This document shows, piece after piece, positions 10,004 to 19,127 of a DNA stretch of 64,000 nucleotides; position 1 is the first letter of the stretch, and every line of letters begins with the position of its first letter. The stretch covers positions 33,346 to 97,345 of the forward strand of contig CANOTJ010000002.1 in assembly GCA_947570175.1 (NCBI GenBank), in the 5' to 3' direction. Origin of the DNA: an uncultured Mycoplasmatota bacterium (GTDB taxonomy: Bacteria > Bacillota_I > Bacilli_A > RF39 > UBA660). A program made the translations under genes and the position numbers. The notes below the pieces were generated by a model. That model did not search any database. It worked only from the letters and a program-made list of their open reading frames with translations, and was not told the DNA's origin.

Positions 10004-11357
10004 TATCTTTCACCTCCCTATCTTTTTGTTCTTCAAAATCTTTTACATTTTGCTCCATCTTCGGAGTTCTTTCTTCTATACCATCACATAAAACCACCTC
10101 CTCTCGTAACGGTGTAATTTCTTTATTTAAAAGGTCTATTTCATTTCTAACAGATTCCTTTTCACTTTGACTTTTGGCTTTCTTGTGCCTGTACCACAAC
10201 TTGCTTCTTTTATCTAATAAACTGTCTAATTCTTTTGTTTTTTGTGTCTTAAACGCAAAAAATTGCTCGTAAGTATCTAATTTATTACTTACGAGCAAAT
10301 CAGTTTGTTTTGATATTTTATCTAACTCTTTCAATTCTACACGAATCTCTGGAGATAATCTTTTATTAGGATATTCAGTAGGAAATACTTTCAGCAAATA
10401 GCAATAGTGTAAATATAAAGCATATAAGCCTTTGTGTTTTTGCTTCTTATATGGTGTGTAAGTCTTTGATCTTTTCTTATTGCCATATTCATCTATAAAA
10501 GGTATTCTAGGTGCTTGTTCTATTTCTATTCTCTCTTTTATTCTATCAATACTATAATCATACCCAAAGCTTCTTTCAATACGAATATGCTTTTTATAAG
10601 GCTCTCTTACTACACTTAATCTACTACCACGATAAATAAGGTCGTAGTCCATTGCTTTCATTAAACATTCAAAATCTCTAAATGAATAGGCTTGAGCAAT
10701 GGCTCGGTCTATATCTTCTTTAGTCGTTGTATAATAGTTATTTTTTTCAATATAGCCTTTATAGTAATTAGCATAATTGATTTTACTATTTCTACACGGC
10801 TTTTCTTCTAATACAGAAAGTCCATATTCTTCACATAGTGAATCCGATAGTTGTCTTAATCTAGCATAAGTTTCCCTTTTATCATAATATCTCTTACCAT
10901 CTTTAAATGACACAGAATTGATAACAAAGTGATTATGAATATGCTTTGTATTAAGATGGGTACTTACGATTACTTCAAAACGGTCGCCCCACATTTCTTG
11001 TGCCAACCTAACACCAATAGCGTGTGCTTGTTCTGGAGTAACTTCTCCCTCTGCAAAAGACTGGAATGCGTGAAAACCTAAAATACCACCAGTCTTATTA
11101 TATTGCTGTTTAGTAATAAGCATTTCTTCGTATGCACTTTCAACAGAACAATTAAGAGAAGAAACATAGTATTGATTTTCAGTTTTAAAATCTGCTTCAG
11201 CATACTCTATAACATTATGAAGTTCTTTGTATGCTTCTTTTCCATAGTCACTATTAAGAGTTTTTTCTATATTAGTAGTATAGTCTATAACGTGGTCTAG
11301 TCTTTTTTCAATTTTCCATATACCTGTCGTAGCCATTGCTCTCTCCTTTCTTTCCAA
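9987..11357 (-). CDS. Conjugative relaxase, MobP-type (relaxase/mobilisation nuclease domain)
   Basis: 456 aa; histidine triad 'VSTHLNTKHIHNHFVINSVS' (HxDxxxHxHxH-like 3H motif) in the N-terminal domain; C-terminal K/E-rich coiled-coil. Confidence 0.75.
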   Translation of the reverse strand: MERKERAMATTGIWKIEKRLDHVIDYTTNIEKTLNSDYGKEAYKELHNVIEYAEADFKTENQYYVSSLNCSVESAYEEMLITKQQYNKTGGILGFHAFQSFAEGEVTPEQAHAIGVRLAQEMWGDRFEVIVSTHLNTKHIHNHFVINSVSFKDGKRYYDKRETYARLRQLSDSLCEEYGLSVLEEKPCRNSKINYANYYKGYIEKNNYYTTTKEDIDRAIAQAYSFRDFECLMKAMDYDLIYRGSRLSVVREPYKKHIRIERSFGYDYSIDRIKERIEIEQAPRIPFIDEYGNKKRSKTYTPYKKQKHKGLYALYLHYCYLLKVFPTEYPNKRLSPEIRVELKELDKISKQTDLLVSNKLDTYEQFFAFKTQKTKELDSLLDKRSKLWYRHKKAKSQSEKESVRNEIDLLNKEITPLREEVVLCDGIEERTPKMEQNVKDFEEQKDREVKDNEHIR

Positions 11358-11419
11358 TAAAAAAAGAGCCTATCATTTTACTGATAAGCCCCACATAAAT
11401 CTAATCGCTAAATTGTAAT

Positions 11420-11515
11420 TTACCACAATAAATTTATTGCACAAGCAACAACTATACCTATTAGGATTATTATCCATCCTATTGTTTTTTTATGCTCTTT
11501 AAACCATTTTGACAT
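11420..11515 (-). CDS. Possible 31-aa membrane peptide (MSKWFKEHKKTIGWIIILIGIVVACAINLLW)
   Basis: ATG at 11515 preceded by AGGAGTGG RBS; single TM helix; below the ORF-track cutoff. Confidence 0.3.
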   Translation of the reverse strand: MSKWFKEHKKTIGWIIILIGIVVACAINLLW

Positions 11516-11626
11516 ATTTACCACTCCTATCTGTTCGACAAATTACTATTTGTTTTTTCTCTATAATTATATCAAAAAAAGAACAAATCATAAATACAAT
11601 CTGCTCTATAAATTGTAATTTGTGCA

Positions 11627-11878
11627 TTACATTTCATCTTTATTTGGCTTTCTGACATTATTTATAAATTCTTCATCACAAGCACCATATTTTTTATAGT
11701 TTTTTCTTGCTTGTTCTAATGTCATACTTCTATTACAATCACTTTTTTCTTTTAAGTCATACATATTATTCATAAAAACATCATTTTCCCAAAAACATAC
11801 AGGGCATATAAATCCTACACATTCACTAACTTTTTTGGGTAATGTTTTATATTCACAACATAAGCATTTCTCTTTCAT
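11627..11878 (-). CDS. CPCC-family cysteine-rich protein
   Basis: 83 aa with CxxC...CPVC pattern (CLCCEY...CPVCFWENDVF). Confidence 0.6.
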   Translation of the reverse strand: MKEKCLCCEYKTLPKKVSECVGFICPVCFWENDVFMNNMYDLKEKSDCNRSMTLEQARKNYKKYGACDEEFINNVRKPNKDEM

Positions 11879-11971
11879 TACTTTACCTCACTAAATTACT
11901 ATCTTGTGTTCCAATTATATCACAAAGGACAAGTAATTTTCAACTTAATTACCTGCCCTACTTATTGTAAT

Positions 11972-12421
11972 TTATCTTTTAAAATAACCTATAATAGTTC
12001 CCTTTTGTAAAATATGCCCATTCATTGCTTTCAAAAGTTTCTTTTTCATAATATTAGATGACAATTCTAAAGTGTTATCTAATGAATATATTGTATATTT
12101 ATAATTGTGTTTTTGAAACATTGGTGGTTTTGCTCCTGCATATTTATGAAATCCATAGGCAATTCCTTGCATAACATTATCCATATTTCCAACATTTTCT
12201 GGAATTACAGAATTTGCCTTTATATTCCACGCAATCCAATGAGTAAAGTTCTTTATCGGATGACTTAAATCTTCTAAAATTATTACTAAACTTTTTGCTT
12301 TATCTGATAAATTTTTAATTCTAAATTCTGGAGATATATTTTTTCCATACCCAGTATATTCTACTGGAATCATATCCCCATTCTTAAAAGTTGTTTCAAA
12401 TTCTAATTTGTCATATTCCAT
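11972..12421 (-). CDS. YbhB/YbcL-family PEBP (Raf-kinase-inhibitor-like) protein
   Basis: 149 aa; conserved 'HWIAWNI' and 'YGF' segments typical of bacterial PEBPs. Confidence 0.65.
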   Translation of the reverse strand: MEYDKLEFETTFKNGDMIPVEYTGYGKNISPEFRIKNLSDKAKSLVIILEDLSHPIKNFTHWIAWNIKANSVIPENVGNMDNVMQGIAYGFHKYAGAKPPMFQKHNYKYTIYSLDNTLELSSNIMKKKLLKAMNGHILQKGTIIGYFKR

Positions 12422-12456
12422 AAATACACCTAACTTTCAACTTGTAATTTGTCTTT

Positions 12457-13344
12457 CTAAAACAATGTTATTTGCTCGTTCCTTTTTATTTGCTTTTTAT
12501 ATGCCTTAATGATGTCTTTCATATCATATAATATTCCATATTTATTACACTCATCAGTAAACACCTTATATAATCTTTTATAATTCGGTACTATACAATT
12601 ATATCTGTTATCATAATATTTAATATATTTTTCTTTTAAACCATTGAAGTCTTGATCTAGTTTGTTAAAATAATAATCTCTTTGATTTTCTCTTAAAGTC
12701 ATTCCCATAAAGGTATTAATAAATTTAGCACCATTTTTATATGCAAGTCTAACTAACTCTTTTATATCTTCTTCATTATCTGTTATAAATGGTAAAACAG
12801 GATTCAGCATAATACCTACGAAGATACCATTGTCGCTTAATTGTCTAATCGCTTGAAATCTTTTAGAAGATACACAAACATTTTGCTCGATTATTCTTGA
12901 TAATTCATCATTTGGAGTAGTGATTGTAAATTTAATAATTACATTGTTTTTTGAATTTATTTCTTTTAACAAATCAATATCTCTTAAAATTAAGTCACTT
13001 TTCGTATCAATAGAAACACCAAAACCATACTTCGATATAAGTTTTAATGCTCCTCTTGTTTGTTCATATTGTTTCTCTAACGGATTATAAGTATCGGACA
13101 TTGATCCAATCCCAACAACACCTTTTTCTCTTTTTTTTAATAGTTCTTGTTCTAAAATAGATAAAGCATTTTCTTTTCCACGAACAATATCAAAATTATC
13201 AATATGATAACAATTACTTCGTGAATCACAGTAAATACATCTATGAGAACATCCTCTATAAAGATTCATATTATAATCAATACCATACCACTCCGACCCA
13301 TATTTTACTTTGGAAAGTATTGTTTTCGCTTTTATAAATTCCAT
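12457..13344 (-). CDS. Radical SAM protein, SPL (spore-photoproduct-lyase-like / COG1533) family
   Basis: 295 aa; CxxxCxxC cluster 'CSHRCIYCDS' near the N-terminus. Confidence 0.7.
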   Translation of the reverse strand: MEFIKAKTILSKVKYGSEWYGIDYNMNLYRGCSHRCIYCDSRSNCYHIDNFDIVRGKENALSILEQELLKKREKGVVGIGSMSDTYNPLEKQYEQTRGALKLISKYGFGVSIDTKSDLILRDIDLLKEINSKNNVIIKFTITTPNDELSRIIEQNVCVSSKRFQAIRQLSDNGIFVGIMLNPVLPFITDNEEDIKELVRLAYKNGAKFINTFMGMTLRENQRDYYFNKLDQDFNGLKEKYIKYYDNRYNCIVPNYKRLYKVFTDECNKYGILYDMKDIIKAYKKQIKRNEQITLF

Positions 13345-13345
13345 T

Positions 13346-14092
13346 TTATTTACTAATCAACTTTTCAAAAGAATTAGCATTCAATATAGTATTTGATATA
13401 AACTCGCCTTTATAGAAGTTAGCCCAGTTATTAAATATACAAGGTGCATTTTTGGCTTTTTCCAAAGAATCAATTTTGATGAAGTTAATCTTAACATTAT
13501 TCTCTTTGGCATATTCAGTTAATTCTTTTACTTCATATTCTACATAAGGACACTCATTACTATAATAAATCGTAAAATCTTGATTATCTATTTTCATTGT
13601 TCTTGCATTATCATTAAATTTAGGTGTTTCGCAATCATCAAATTGAAGTGCTAATAATTCATAATCACCTATTTCATCTACAACTTTAAAGCCATAATGA
13701 AGATAAAACTCCTTTTCTCCAATAAAAGGCTTTTTCTTTTTTGAAGTTAAAGTACATATCCCACTCATACCTTTTTCTTTCGAATCATTTATTGCATATT
13801 CAAGTAGTTCTTTCGCGATACCATTTCCTTTAAAACTTCCTGCTACCCATAAACAATAAATATATTCATAATTCTTACCACTTATTGGCACCCAAGCAGT
13901 TTCTATTGGTTCATATTCAATAAATACCTTTCCTCTAGCATTTAGTTTTCTAAAAATGTGTCCATCTTCTAATTTACTTTTAATCCATTGTTTTTTGCTA
14001 TTAACACCTATTTGATGTTTTTTATCTCCAATCGCACAACAGATATGCTCATCATCAATATTTTCTAATGTTAAATTTACATATTCATTCAT
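13346..14092 (-). CDS. GNAT N-acetyltransferase fused to a YoaP-like C-terminal domain
   Basis: 248 aa; acetyl-CoA motif region 'FKGNGIAKELLEYAI'; C-terminal half resembles YoaP-like domain. Confidence 0.6.
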   Translation of the reverse strand: MNEYVNLTLENIDDEHICCAIGDKKHQIGVNSKKQWIKSKLEDGHIFRKLNARGKVFIEYEPIETAWVPISGKNYEYIYCLWVAGSFKGNGIAKELLEYAINDSKEKGMSGICTLTSKKKKPFIGEKEFYLHYGFKVVDEIGDYELLALQFDDCETPKFNDNARTMKIDNQDFTIYYSNECPYVEYEVKELTEYAKENNVKINFIKIDSLEKAKNAPCIFNNWANFYKGEFISNTILNANSFEKLISK

Positions 14093-14093
14093 T

Positions 14094-14666
14094 TTATTCT
14101 ACTCCTTCTAATGATTTTATACCATTCATAATTATTTCTAGTGATAAGTCAAAACTTTCTTTAATTGATATTGGATTCCCAAAAGCATTATTATTTACGA
14201 GCAAAGAAAACCCCTCTAAAAAACCTCTTAATGTTCTTATAATGTGATTTATATTATCTTCACTAATATCTAAAGACTTCATTACTTTAAATAACATATT
14301 AAATAGTCTTGTAGTAGCATTTTCTTTTTGGGCATTTTCATATTTGTTATACCAAAGCATAGCAGTAAAAACGCCTTTATTATTAGTAGCATAATCATAA
14401 AAAGCATAACACATATTCTTTAAAGCCTCATATCCTGATACTCCAACAGCAGAATCAATCATACTCTCTTCCATTTGCTTCCAACCATACACCATAAGTC
14501 TAGATTTTATTTCATCAAGACTTCTTATATGATTATACAAAGATGGCGATTTAATATTTAATTCTTCAGCAATTAGTTTGAGTGATAAATTATCTAACCC
14601 AACTCTATTTGCAATACAAGCAGAAGTCTCAATAATAAGTTCATCGCTAATGTTATTTTTTGACAT
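14094..14666 (-). CDS. TetR/AcrR-family transcriptional regulator
   Basis: 190 aa; N-terminal HTH 'LSLKLIAEELNIKSPSLYNHIRS'; first gene of the 14666->11627 operon. Confidence 0.75.
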   Translation of the reverse strand: MSKNNISDELIIETSACIANRVGLDNLSLKLIAEELNIKSPSLYNHIRSLDEIKSRLMVYGWKQMEESMIDSAVGVSGYEALKNMCYAFYDYATNNKGVFTAMLWYNKYENAQKENATTRLFNMLFKVMKSLDISEDNINHIIRTLRGFLEGFSLLVNNNAFGNPISIKESFDLSLEIIMNGIKSLEGVE

Positions 14667-14810
14667 ATTGCCCTCCGTAACTAATTGTAATATGATTTTA
14701 ACTAATTAAATTAGTTTTGTCAATAGTAAAAAGAGAAATTATAAAAATAATCTCCCCTATAAATTACTATTTATCTGTGAGATAATTATATCATTTTACA
14801 ATTAAATAAT

Positions 14811-15089
14811 CTATCTCTCATAGAAAACTTTTTTATTATTTTTTTCAGTTAGTTTTAATATCATTTTATTTTCATATTCATTTATCTGCTCCATAGTTAG
14901 CCACTCCGGTTTTTCATCTAATTTATTATAGATTTCTTTCATAGCAGATATTTGTTCTGTTATAGATAAAGCCCACAAATGTTTTTCGTAGCCATTGCCT
15001 AAAAAATATTTACAGTCCGATTCAAGCCTACTTAACATTTGATATAAAAACTCTGGATCATTGTTATCTTCAAAATATTTTTTACTCAT
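14811..15089 (-). CDS. Small hypothetical protein (92 aa), possibly an LPD-type accessory domain protein
   Basis: ORF track; sits upstream of the JAB-domain gene. Confidence 0.4.
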   Translation of the reverse strand: MSKKYFEDNNDPEFLYQMLSRLESDCKYFLGNGYEKHLWALSITEQISAMKEIYNKLDEKPEWLTMEQINEYENKMILKLTEKNNKKVFYER

Positions 15090-15113
15090 TTTTTACTCCT
15101 TTCAATATTTTAA

Positions 15114-16058
15114 TTATCTTACTTCTTTACTCTGTCGCAGTTTTTGAGATTTTTCTTTATCAAATAAATCACAAGTACACATTATTTCATCATCTACGAT
15201 TAAATCGCCTTTATTATCAACGCAAACCATATCTTTAATAGTTCCATACTCGATATGTTTTAAAACTTTGTTATAGGTATCTTTGTCTTTCGTTCCTATA
15301 AAAACTCTAGTAGAGCCACTATTTCTTGCAATATTTTTAAAAAAGCCATTTAAGTTCTCTAACTCTTGATTAAACATTTTATTTGGAATATCTAGTACCA
15401 TTCGTATATTACATTTACAATCAGTTAATATTGCCGTTGAATATTCCTTTTCATTCTGTATTTGTTTTAATATGGCTACTAATTCATCTCGATTTAAAAT
15501 TCTAACATCATATAAACTATTCTCTTTTACTTCATTTATTATAGAACTTTCTAATGTTTTTTCTTTAGGCATTAAAATTCTACCTTTTGAATCTTCTTCT
15601 ATAATCGAGTATCTATTAGAATTACCTAAAACAATATGTCCTAAAAAGCCATCAACATTAGCAGCAAATTCACGAGTAATATCTAAATCTTGCATTGATG
15701 GAATAGCCGATTCAGAAATATGATTATGTGCTAAATAATAACCGTCTGCACCAAGTCTTTTAATTCTATTATTCATTCTTTCAAAACTCCTAACAGGATT
15801 ATTGATAGTATCTTTCCCACGAGAGAAAACTACTACTGCATTTGGAATTTTACTTGTAATTGCTTCTTGCCCTATGATTTTGTCCTTCTTCATATAAAAA
15901 ATTCTAAATGTTTCATATCGTGGATCTCTGAAGATATTACATACATTAACTAAATCATTTTTCTTTTTAATTTTTGATTCACTTAAATCAATATATCCTT
16001 TATCATTAAATGATAAGTTTTCTAATTTGTTATAGACAACTTTTACTTTCTTATCCAT
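15114..16058 (-). CDS. JAB/MPN (RadC-like) domain protein
   Basis: JAMM-like motif 'YLAHNHISESAIPSMQDLDITR' (HxHx7SxxD); the start is moved to Met22 (ATG 16058) to avoid a 60-nt overlap with mobC. Confidence 0.55.
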   Translation of the reverse strand: MDKKVKVVYNKLENLSFNDKGYIDLSESKIKKKNDLVNVCNIFRDPRYETFRIFYMKKDKIIGQEAITSKIPNAVVVFSRGKDTINNPVRSFERMNNRIKRLGADGYYLAHNHISESAIPSMQDLDITREFAANVDGFLGHIVLGNSNRYSIIEEDSKGRILMPKEKTLESSIINEVKENSLYDVRILNRDELVAILKQIQNEKEYSTAILTDCKCNIRMVLDIPNKMFNQELENLNGFFKNIARNSGSTRVFIGTKDKDTYNKVLKHIEYGTIKDMVCVDNKGDLIVDDEIMCTCDLFDKEKSQKLRQSKEVR

Positions 16059-16060
16059 CT

Positions 16061-16390
16061 TTACTCTTTTTCCTTTGGAAGTAAAAATTCTTTTTTTATC
16101 TTCAACATAAATTGATTCCACTTATCTGATTCTTTTTGATATAAAGGATAATCAATTAAATTAAGTGAGTTTGCTTTTCTTGCAATTTGATTAAGATTAT
16201 TACCTATGGCTCTCATTTGATTTAATGCTTCGTAAAATCTTTCATCCGGTTTTTCTCTAGGCTCAAATCCTACAATTAAATTTCGTAGTAATTCCGATTC
16301 ATTAAGTCCAACTTTCTTGGCTTTCTTTTTTAAAAGAGTTGCTTCTTCTCTATTAAGCCAAACTTGTTTTTTTATACTTCTAGTTCTCAT
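16061..16390 (-). CDS. mobC: MobC-like relaxosome accessory protein (ribbon-helix-helix)
   Basis: Motif 'RAIGNNLNQIARKANS' characteristic of MobC family; the start is chosen at ATG 16390 with GGAGGTG RBS. Confidence 0.65.
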   Translation of the reverse strand: MRTRSIKKQVWLNREEATLLKKKAKKVGLNESELLRNLIVGFEPREKPDERFYEALNQMRAIGNNLNQIARKANSLNLIDYPLYQKESDKWNQFMLKIKKEFLLPKEKE

Positions 16391-16535
16391 CTTGCACCTC
16401 CGACTTTTCATTCTCTAATTTCAAACATCTTGCTTCCATTTCATTTATTCTATTGATTTGTAAGCAACACATTAAAGTAGTCATTGCAAGACCACCAACT
16501 ATCATACCTAATATAAAAAATAATAATTCTTTCAT
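16380..16535 (-). CDS. Possible 51-aa membrane protein (MKELLFFILGMIVGGLAMTTLMCCLQ...)
   Basis: ATG at 16535; one TM helix; overlaps the mobC start; below the ORF-track cutoff. Confidence 0.3.
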   Translation of the reverse strand: MKELLFFILGMIVGGLAMTTLMCCLQINRINEMEARCLKLENEKSEVQDEN

Positions 16536-16595
16536 CTTTAATCTTTCCTTTCTAAAGTCATAAAAGATTAGTACAATATTGCACTAATCTTTTAA

Positions 16596-16705
16596 TCATT
16601 TTATTTTCTTTATTCTTCATAAGGGGTTTGGGGATTTCCCCACAAGCGAAAACTTACGGGAGTAGGTTTTCAGTGCTGGCTAGGACATAGTGTCCTAGTA
16701 TAATG
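16596..16705. promoter_or_regulatory. Palindrome-rich intergenic region; candidate oriT or regulatory site next to mobC
   Basis: GGGGA-TT-TCCCC hairpin (16630-16641), 'CTTACGGGAG' (16654-16663), perfect 8-bp inverted repeat CTAGGACA-TAG-TGTCCTAG (16680-16698) followed directly by TATAAT (16699-16704); no U-tract, so not a simple terminator. Confidence 0.35.
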
Positions 16706-17242
16706 CTAGTGTTCTAAAGTACATCTACAACATTTTGAACAGAAATATTCGCAAGTTTCACATATACTTTTATCACTTTTTTCTTCAATTTCTTCTTCAT
16801 CTTCTTCGATTTCTACTGCTTCTATTTCTATAAATTCATCTATACTTGGGTTAATTTTTTTATCAAATAAATCAACTTCATCAAATATATCTTGCACAAT
16901 TTCCATTGCATTTTCTTCACTATCTGCATAAACAATAAACTCTAATTCTTTATCTTTTTTTGCATTAACTTTATATTTTTTCATATCAAAATTTCCTTTC
17001 ATAATTGAATTTTTTCCATCTACAAAACCAGTAACTTTTAATAATTCTATAAAGTCTAAATCTAAAACTTCACATAAATATATAAGCGTTACTATGTTTG
17101 GAATAGTCCTTATTCCATTCTCAATTCTTGTTACTTCTGGCTGACTTATACCAACATATTGAGCTAATTTATTTTTAGAAAGTCCTTTCTCTATTCTTCT
17201 TTCTTTCAAAATTTCCCCCAACAAATAATAATTAAATCTCAT
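16706..17242 (-). CDS. XRE-family HTH regulator with acidic linker and a C-terminal cysteine-rich tail
   Basis: HTH 'LSKNKLAQYVGISQPEVTRIENG'; tail 'CETCEYFCSKCCRCTLEH' (7 Cys in the last 18 residues). Confidence 0.65.
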   Translation of the reverse strand: MRFNYYLLGEILKERRIEKGLSKNKLAQYVGISQPEVTRIENGIRTIPNIVTLIYLCEVLDLDFIELLKVTGFVDGKNSIMKGNFDMKKYKVNAKKDKELEFIVYADSEENAMEIVQDIFDEVDLFDKKINPSIDEFIEIEAVEIEEDEEEIEEKSDKSICETCEYFCSKCCRCTLEH

Positions 17243-17245
17243 AAT

Positions 17246-18205
17246 TTATCTCTCTCTTTCTTTCGTATTTTTATTTTTAATTCCTAATTTAGTACATAAA
17301 AAATCATTGACATCCTTACCTATTGGAACTGGATTATCAATGACTTCGTATCTATCTTTTAATAAATATTTTATTGCTTCAGTTGATTCTCTACCTGCCT
17401 TATCGTTATCTAAATGCAAGTAGATTTTTTTAATATTTGGGTGTTGATTCAAATAATAATTTAATGCAAGTGGCACTTTGCTATCTTCTATATTCTCTGC
17501 CGGTTTATAAACTCCTGCAAGTGAAAGTAGCGATTCATTGTACCACTCTTTATCATTTAATTTCATTAAAGTTGCATAAGAAAGTAAGTCTATTGCACTC
17601 TCAAATAAGTGTACTCTATCATTTTTTTCTAGTGCTTCTAACTGAAAAGAAAATGCCTTATGACTTCCATTTGCTTCACCTTTGAAATTACTTTCATTTG
17701 TTCCCCTATACATTGCATATCTGGCTATTTTATTCTGATCGTAACCTATAAATACTGCATTGTTATTAGGAAATTGTTGATAAATTAAGTCATTATCTAT
17801 ACATTCTTGTATAATATCTTCATCAATTCCCCTACCCATAAGATAAGATTTTACCCTATCATTATTAGGTGCTTTCTTTGGCAACATTAGTCTATCTGGT
17901 ATCGTCTTTTTGACTGTTTTATATATTTTAGGTGGTGCTGCAACAACACTTCCTACAATAGTTTCTACGGCTTGTAAAAAGGTATAATCTCTTACTTTCA
18001 TTAAATAATCTATTGCACTTTTACCACCTATACTTTGTGAAAACCAGTACCACATACCATTTGATATTTTCAAACTATCGTGCGTTCTAGTCATATAAGT
18101 ATCTCTGCTAAAATGAACTAACTCATCTGGCTCATAGTTTTTTAGATAAGTTAATAAGTCCATTTGCTTTGCTCTTTTTATCACTTCTGGAGGATAATAT
18201 GCCAT
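17246..18205 (-). CDS. DUF3991/Toprim-domain protein (primase-like ICE protein)
   Basis: 319 aa; C-terminal Toprim acidic motif 'LHLDNDKAGRES' and 'DVNDFL'. Confidence 0.55.
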   Translation of the reverse strand: MAYYPPEVIKRAKQMDLLTYLKNYEPDELVHFSRDTYMTRTHDSLKISNGMWYWFSQSIGGKSAIDYLMKVRDYTFLQAVETIVGSVVAAPPKIYKTVKKTIPDRLMLPKKAPNNDRVKSYLMGRGIDEDIIQECIDNDLIYQQFPNNNAVFIGYDQNKIARYAMYRGTNESNFKGEANGSHKAFSFQLEALEKNDRVHLFESAIDLLSYATLMKLNDKEWYNESLLSLAGVYKPAENIEDSKVPLALNYYLNQHPNIKKIYLHLDNDKAGRESTEAIKYLLKDRYEVIDNPVPIGKDVNDFLCTKLGIKNKNTKERER

Positions 18206-18213
18206 AATATTAC

Positions 18214-18600
18214 CTACCTTTCTCGTGATTTTTTCTTTTCTTTTTGTTCTTCTACCAAATTATCTAGGGTATCATAAGTGCTATCTTCTAGTGCTTGATG
18301 AATACCTGCGTCACAGTTCATCCACCCTTGATATAATTCTTCAAGTGGATCTTTACATTTATTTAATGCTCTTATTTTTTCCATATCATAATGCTCATAC
18401 TCTGGGTAAAAATCTCCAAGTATTTCTTCTTTCATTACTTTTTCATAAGAACTTTGTATTATTTCATCTGGAGTTTTAGACTTTAAATTTTCAATAAAAT
18501 TATTATATTCTTGCTCCATTTTATTATAAACTTCTTGTCTAATTTTCATTTCATTATTCATAATCTTACCTACCTTTCTTTTAAAATGAAAAAAGAGCAA
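18214..18600 (-). CDS. Hypothetical protein (likely 115 aa starting at ATG 18561)
   Basis: ORF track; internal Met14 fits better than the listed start. Confidence 0.4.
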   Translation of the reverse strand: MLFFHFKRKVGKIMNNEMKIRQEVYNKMEQEYNNFIENLKSKTPDEIIQSSYEKVMKEEILGDFYPEYEHYDMEKIRALNKCKDPLEELYQGWMNCDAGIHQALEDSTYDTLDNLVEEQKEKKKSRER

Positions 18601-18633
18601 CTCTAGTTTTTAATACTAAAAAATTGCTCGTTA

Positions 18634-18870
18634 TTATAAAGTATTATCAAAAAATCTAGCAGTTGGAACATTAAGAATCTTTGCTATGTCATCAAGTAAG
18701 ACAATAGTTACCAATCTTTTATACATTCCTTTATCTTCTAGTTTTTCGATAAAATCTTTTTTTCTGCCAAGTCTTAAAGATAAATCTTCTTGGCTCATCT
18801 TCGCCTGTTCTCTATAATATTTAATATTTGAAATAACAATATCACGAAGTGTTTTATCTTCTCTTTCCAC
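18634..18870 (-). CDS. Small XRE-family HTH protein (78 aa)
   Basis: HTH-like 'KMSQEDLSLRLGRKKDFIEKLE'. Confidence 0.55.
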   Translation of the reverse strand: MEREDKTLRDIVISNIKYYREQAKMSQEDLSLRLGRKKDFIEKLEDKGMYKRLVTIVLLDDIAKILNVPTARFFDNTL

Positions 18871-19127
18871 TAATCCTCCTCTAATAAACTTTTGATATAA
18901 TCTTCATTTGTTAAATCATTTAGTCCGACATCTAATACAAAACTTATCGCTATAATAACATACAAAGCCGGTACTCTTTTCAATTTCAGCCGTTCTAATT
19001 TATCAATAAAGTCTGGAGGCTTACCTATCATTCGTGATAACTTTTTAGCAGTTAAATGTGCTTTTGTTCTATAAATTGCAACATTTTTGGCTAAATTAGT
19101 CATCATTTCCAAATCTTCTTTATTCAT
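18870..19127 (-). CDS. Small XRE-family HTH protein (85 aa)
   Basis: HTH-like 'LTAKKLSRMIGKPPDFIDKLER'; its promoter carries the shared box described in the findings. Confidence 0.55.
   Translation of the reverse strand: MNKEDLEMMTNLAKNVAIYRTKAHLTAKKLSRMIGKPPDFIDKLERLKLKRVPALYVIIAISFVLDVGLNDLTNEDYIKSLLEED

Noticed and set aside
11405-14700. TTGTAATTT occurrences as pure chance in AT-rich DNA
   Set aside because: Considered, but four exact copies within 1 kb, all intergenic and co-oriented, exceed the about 5 per 128 kb (both strands) expected from composition. Kept as a finding with moderate interest rather than dismissed.
15114-16121. Using the listed longest ORF start (16121) for the JAB-domain gene
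   Set aside because: It would overlap mobC by 60 nt; Met22 at 16058 immediately follows the mobC stop and is the more plausible start
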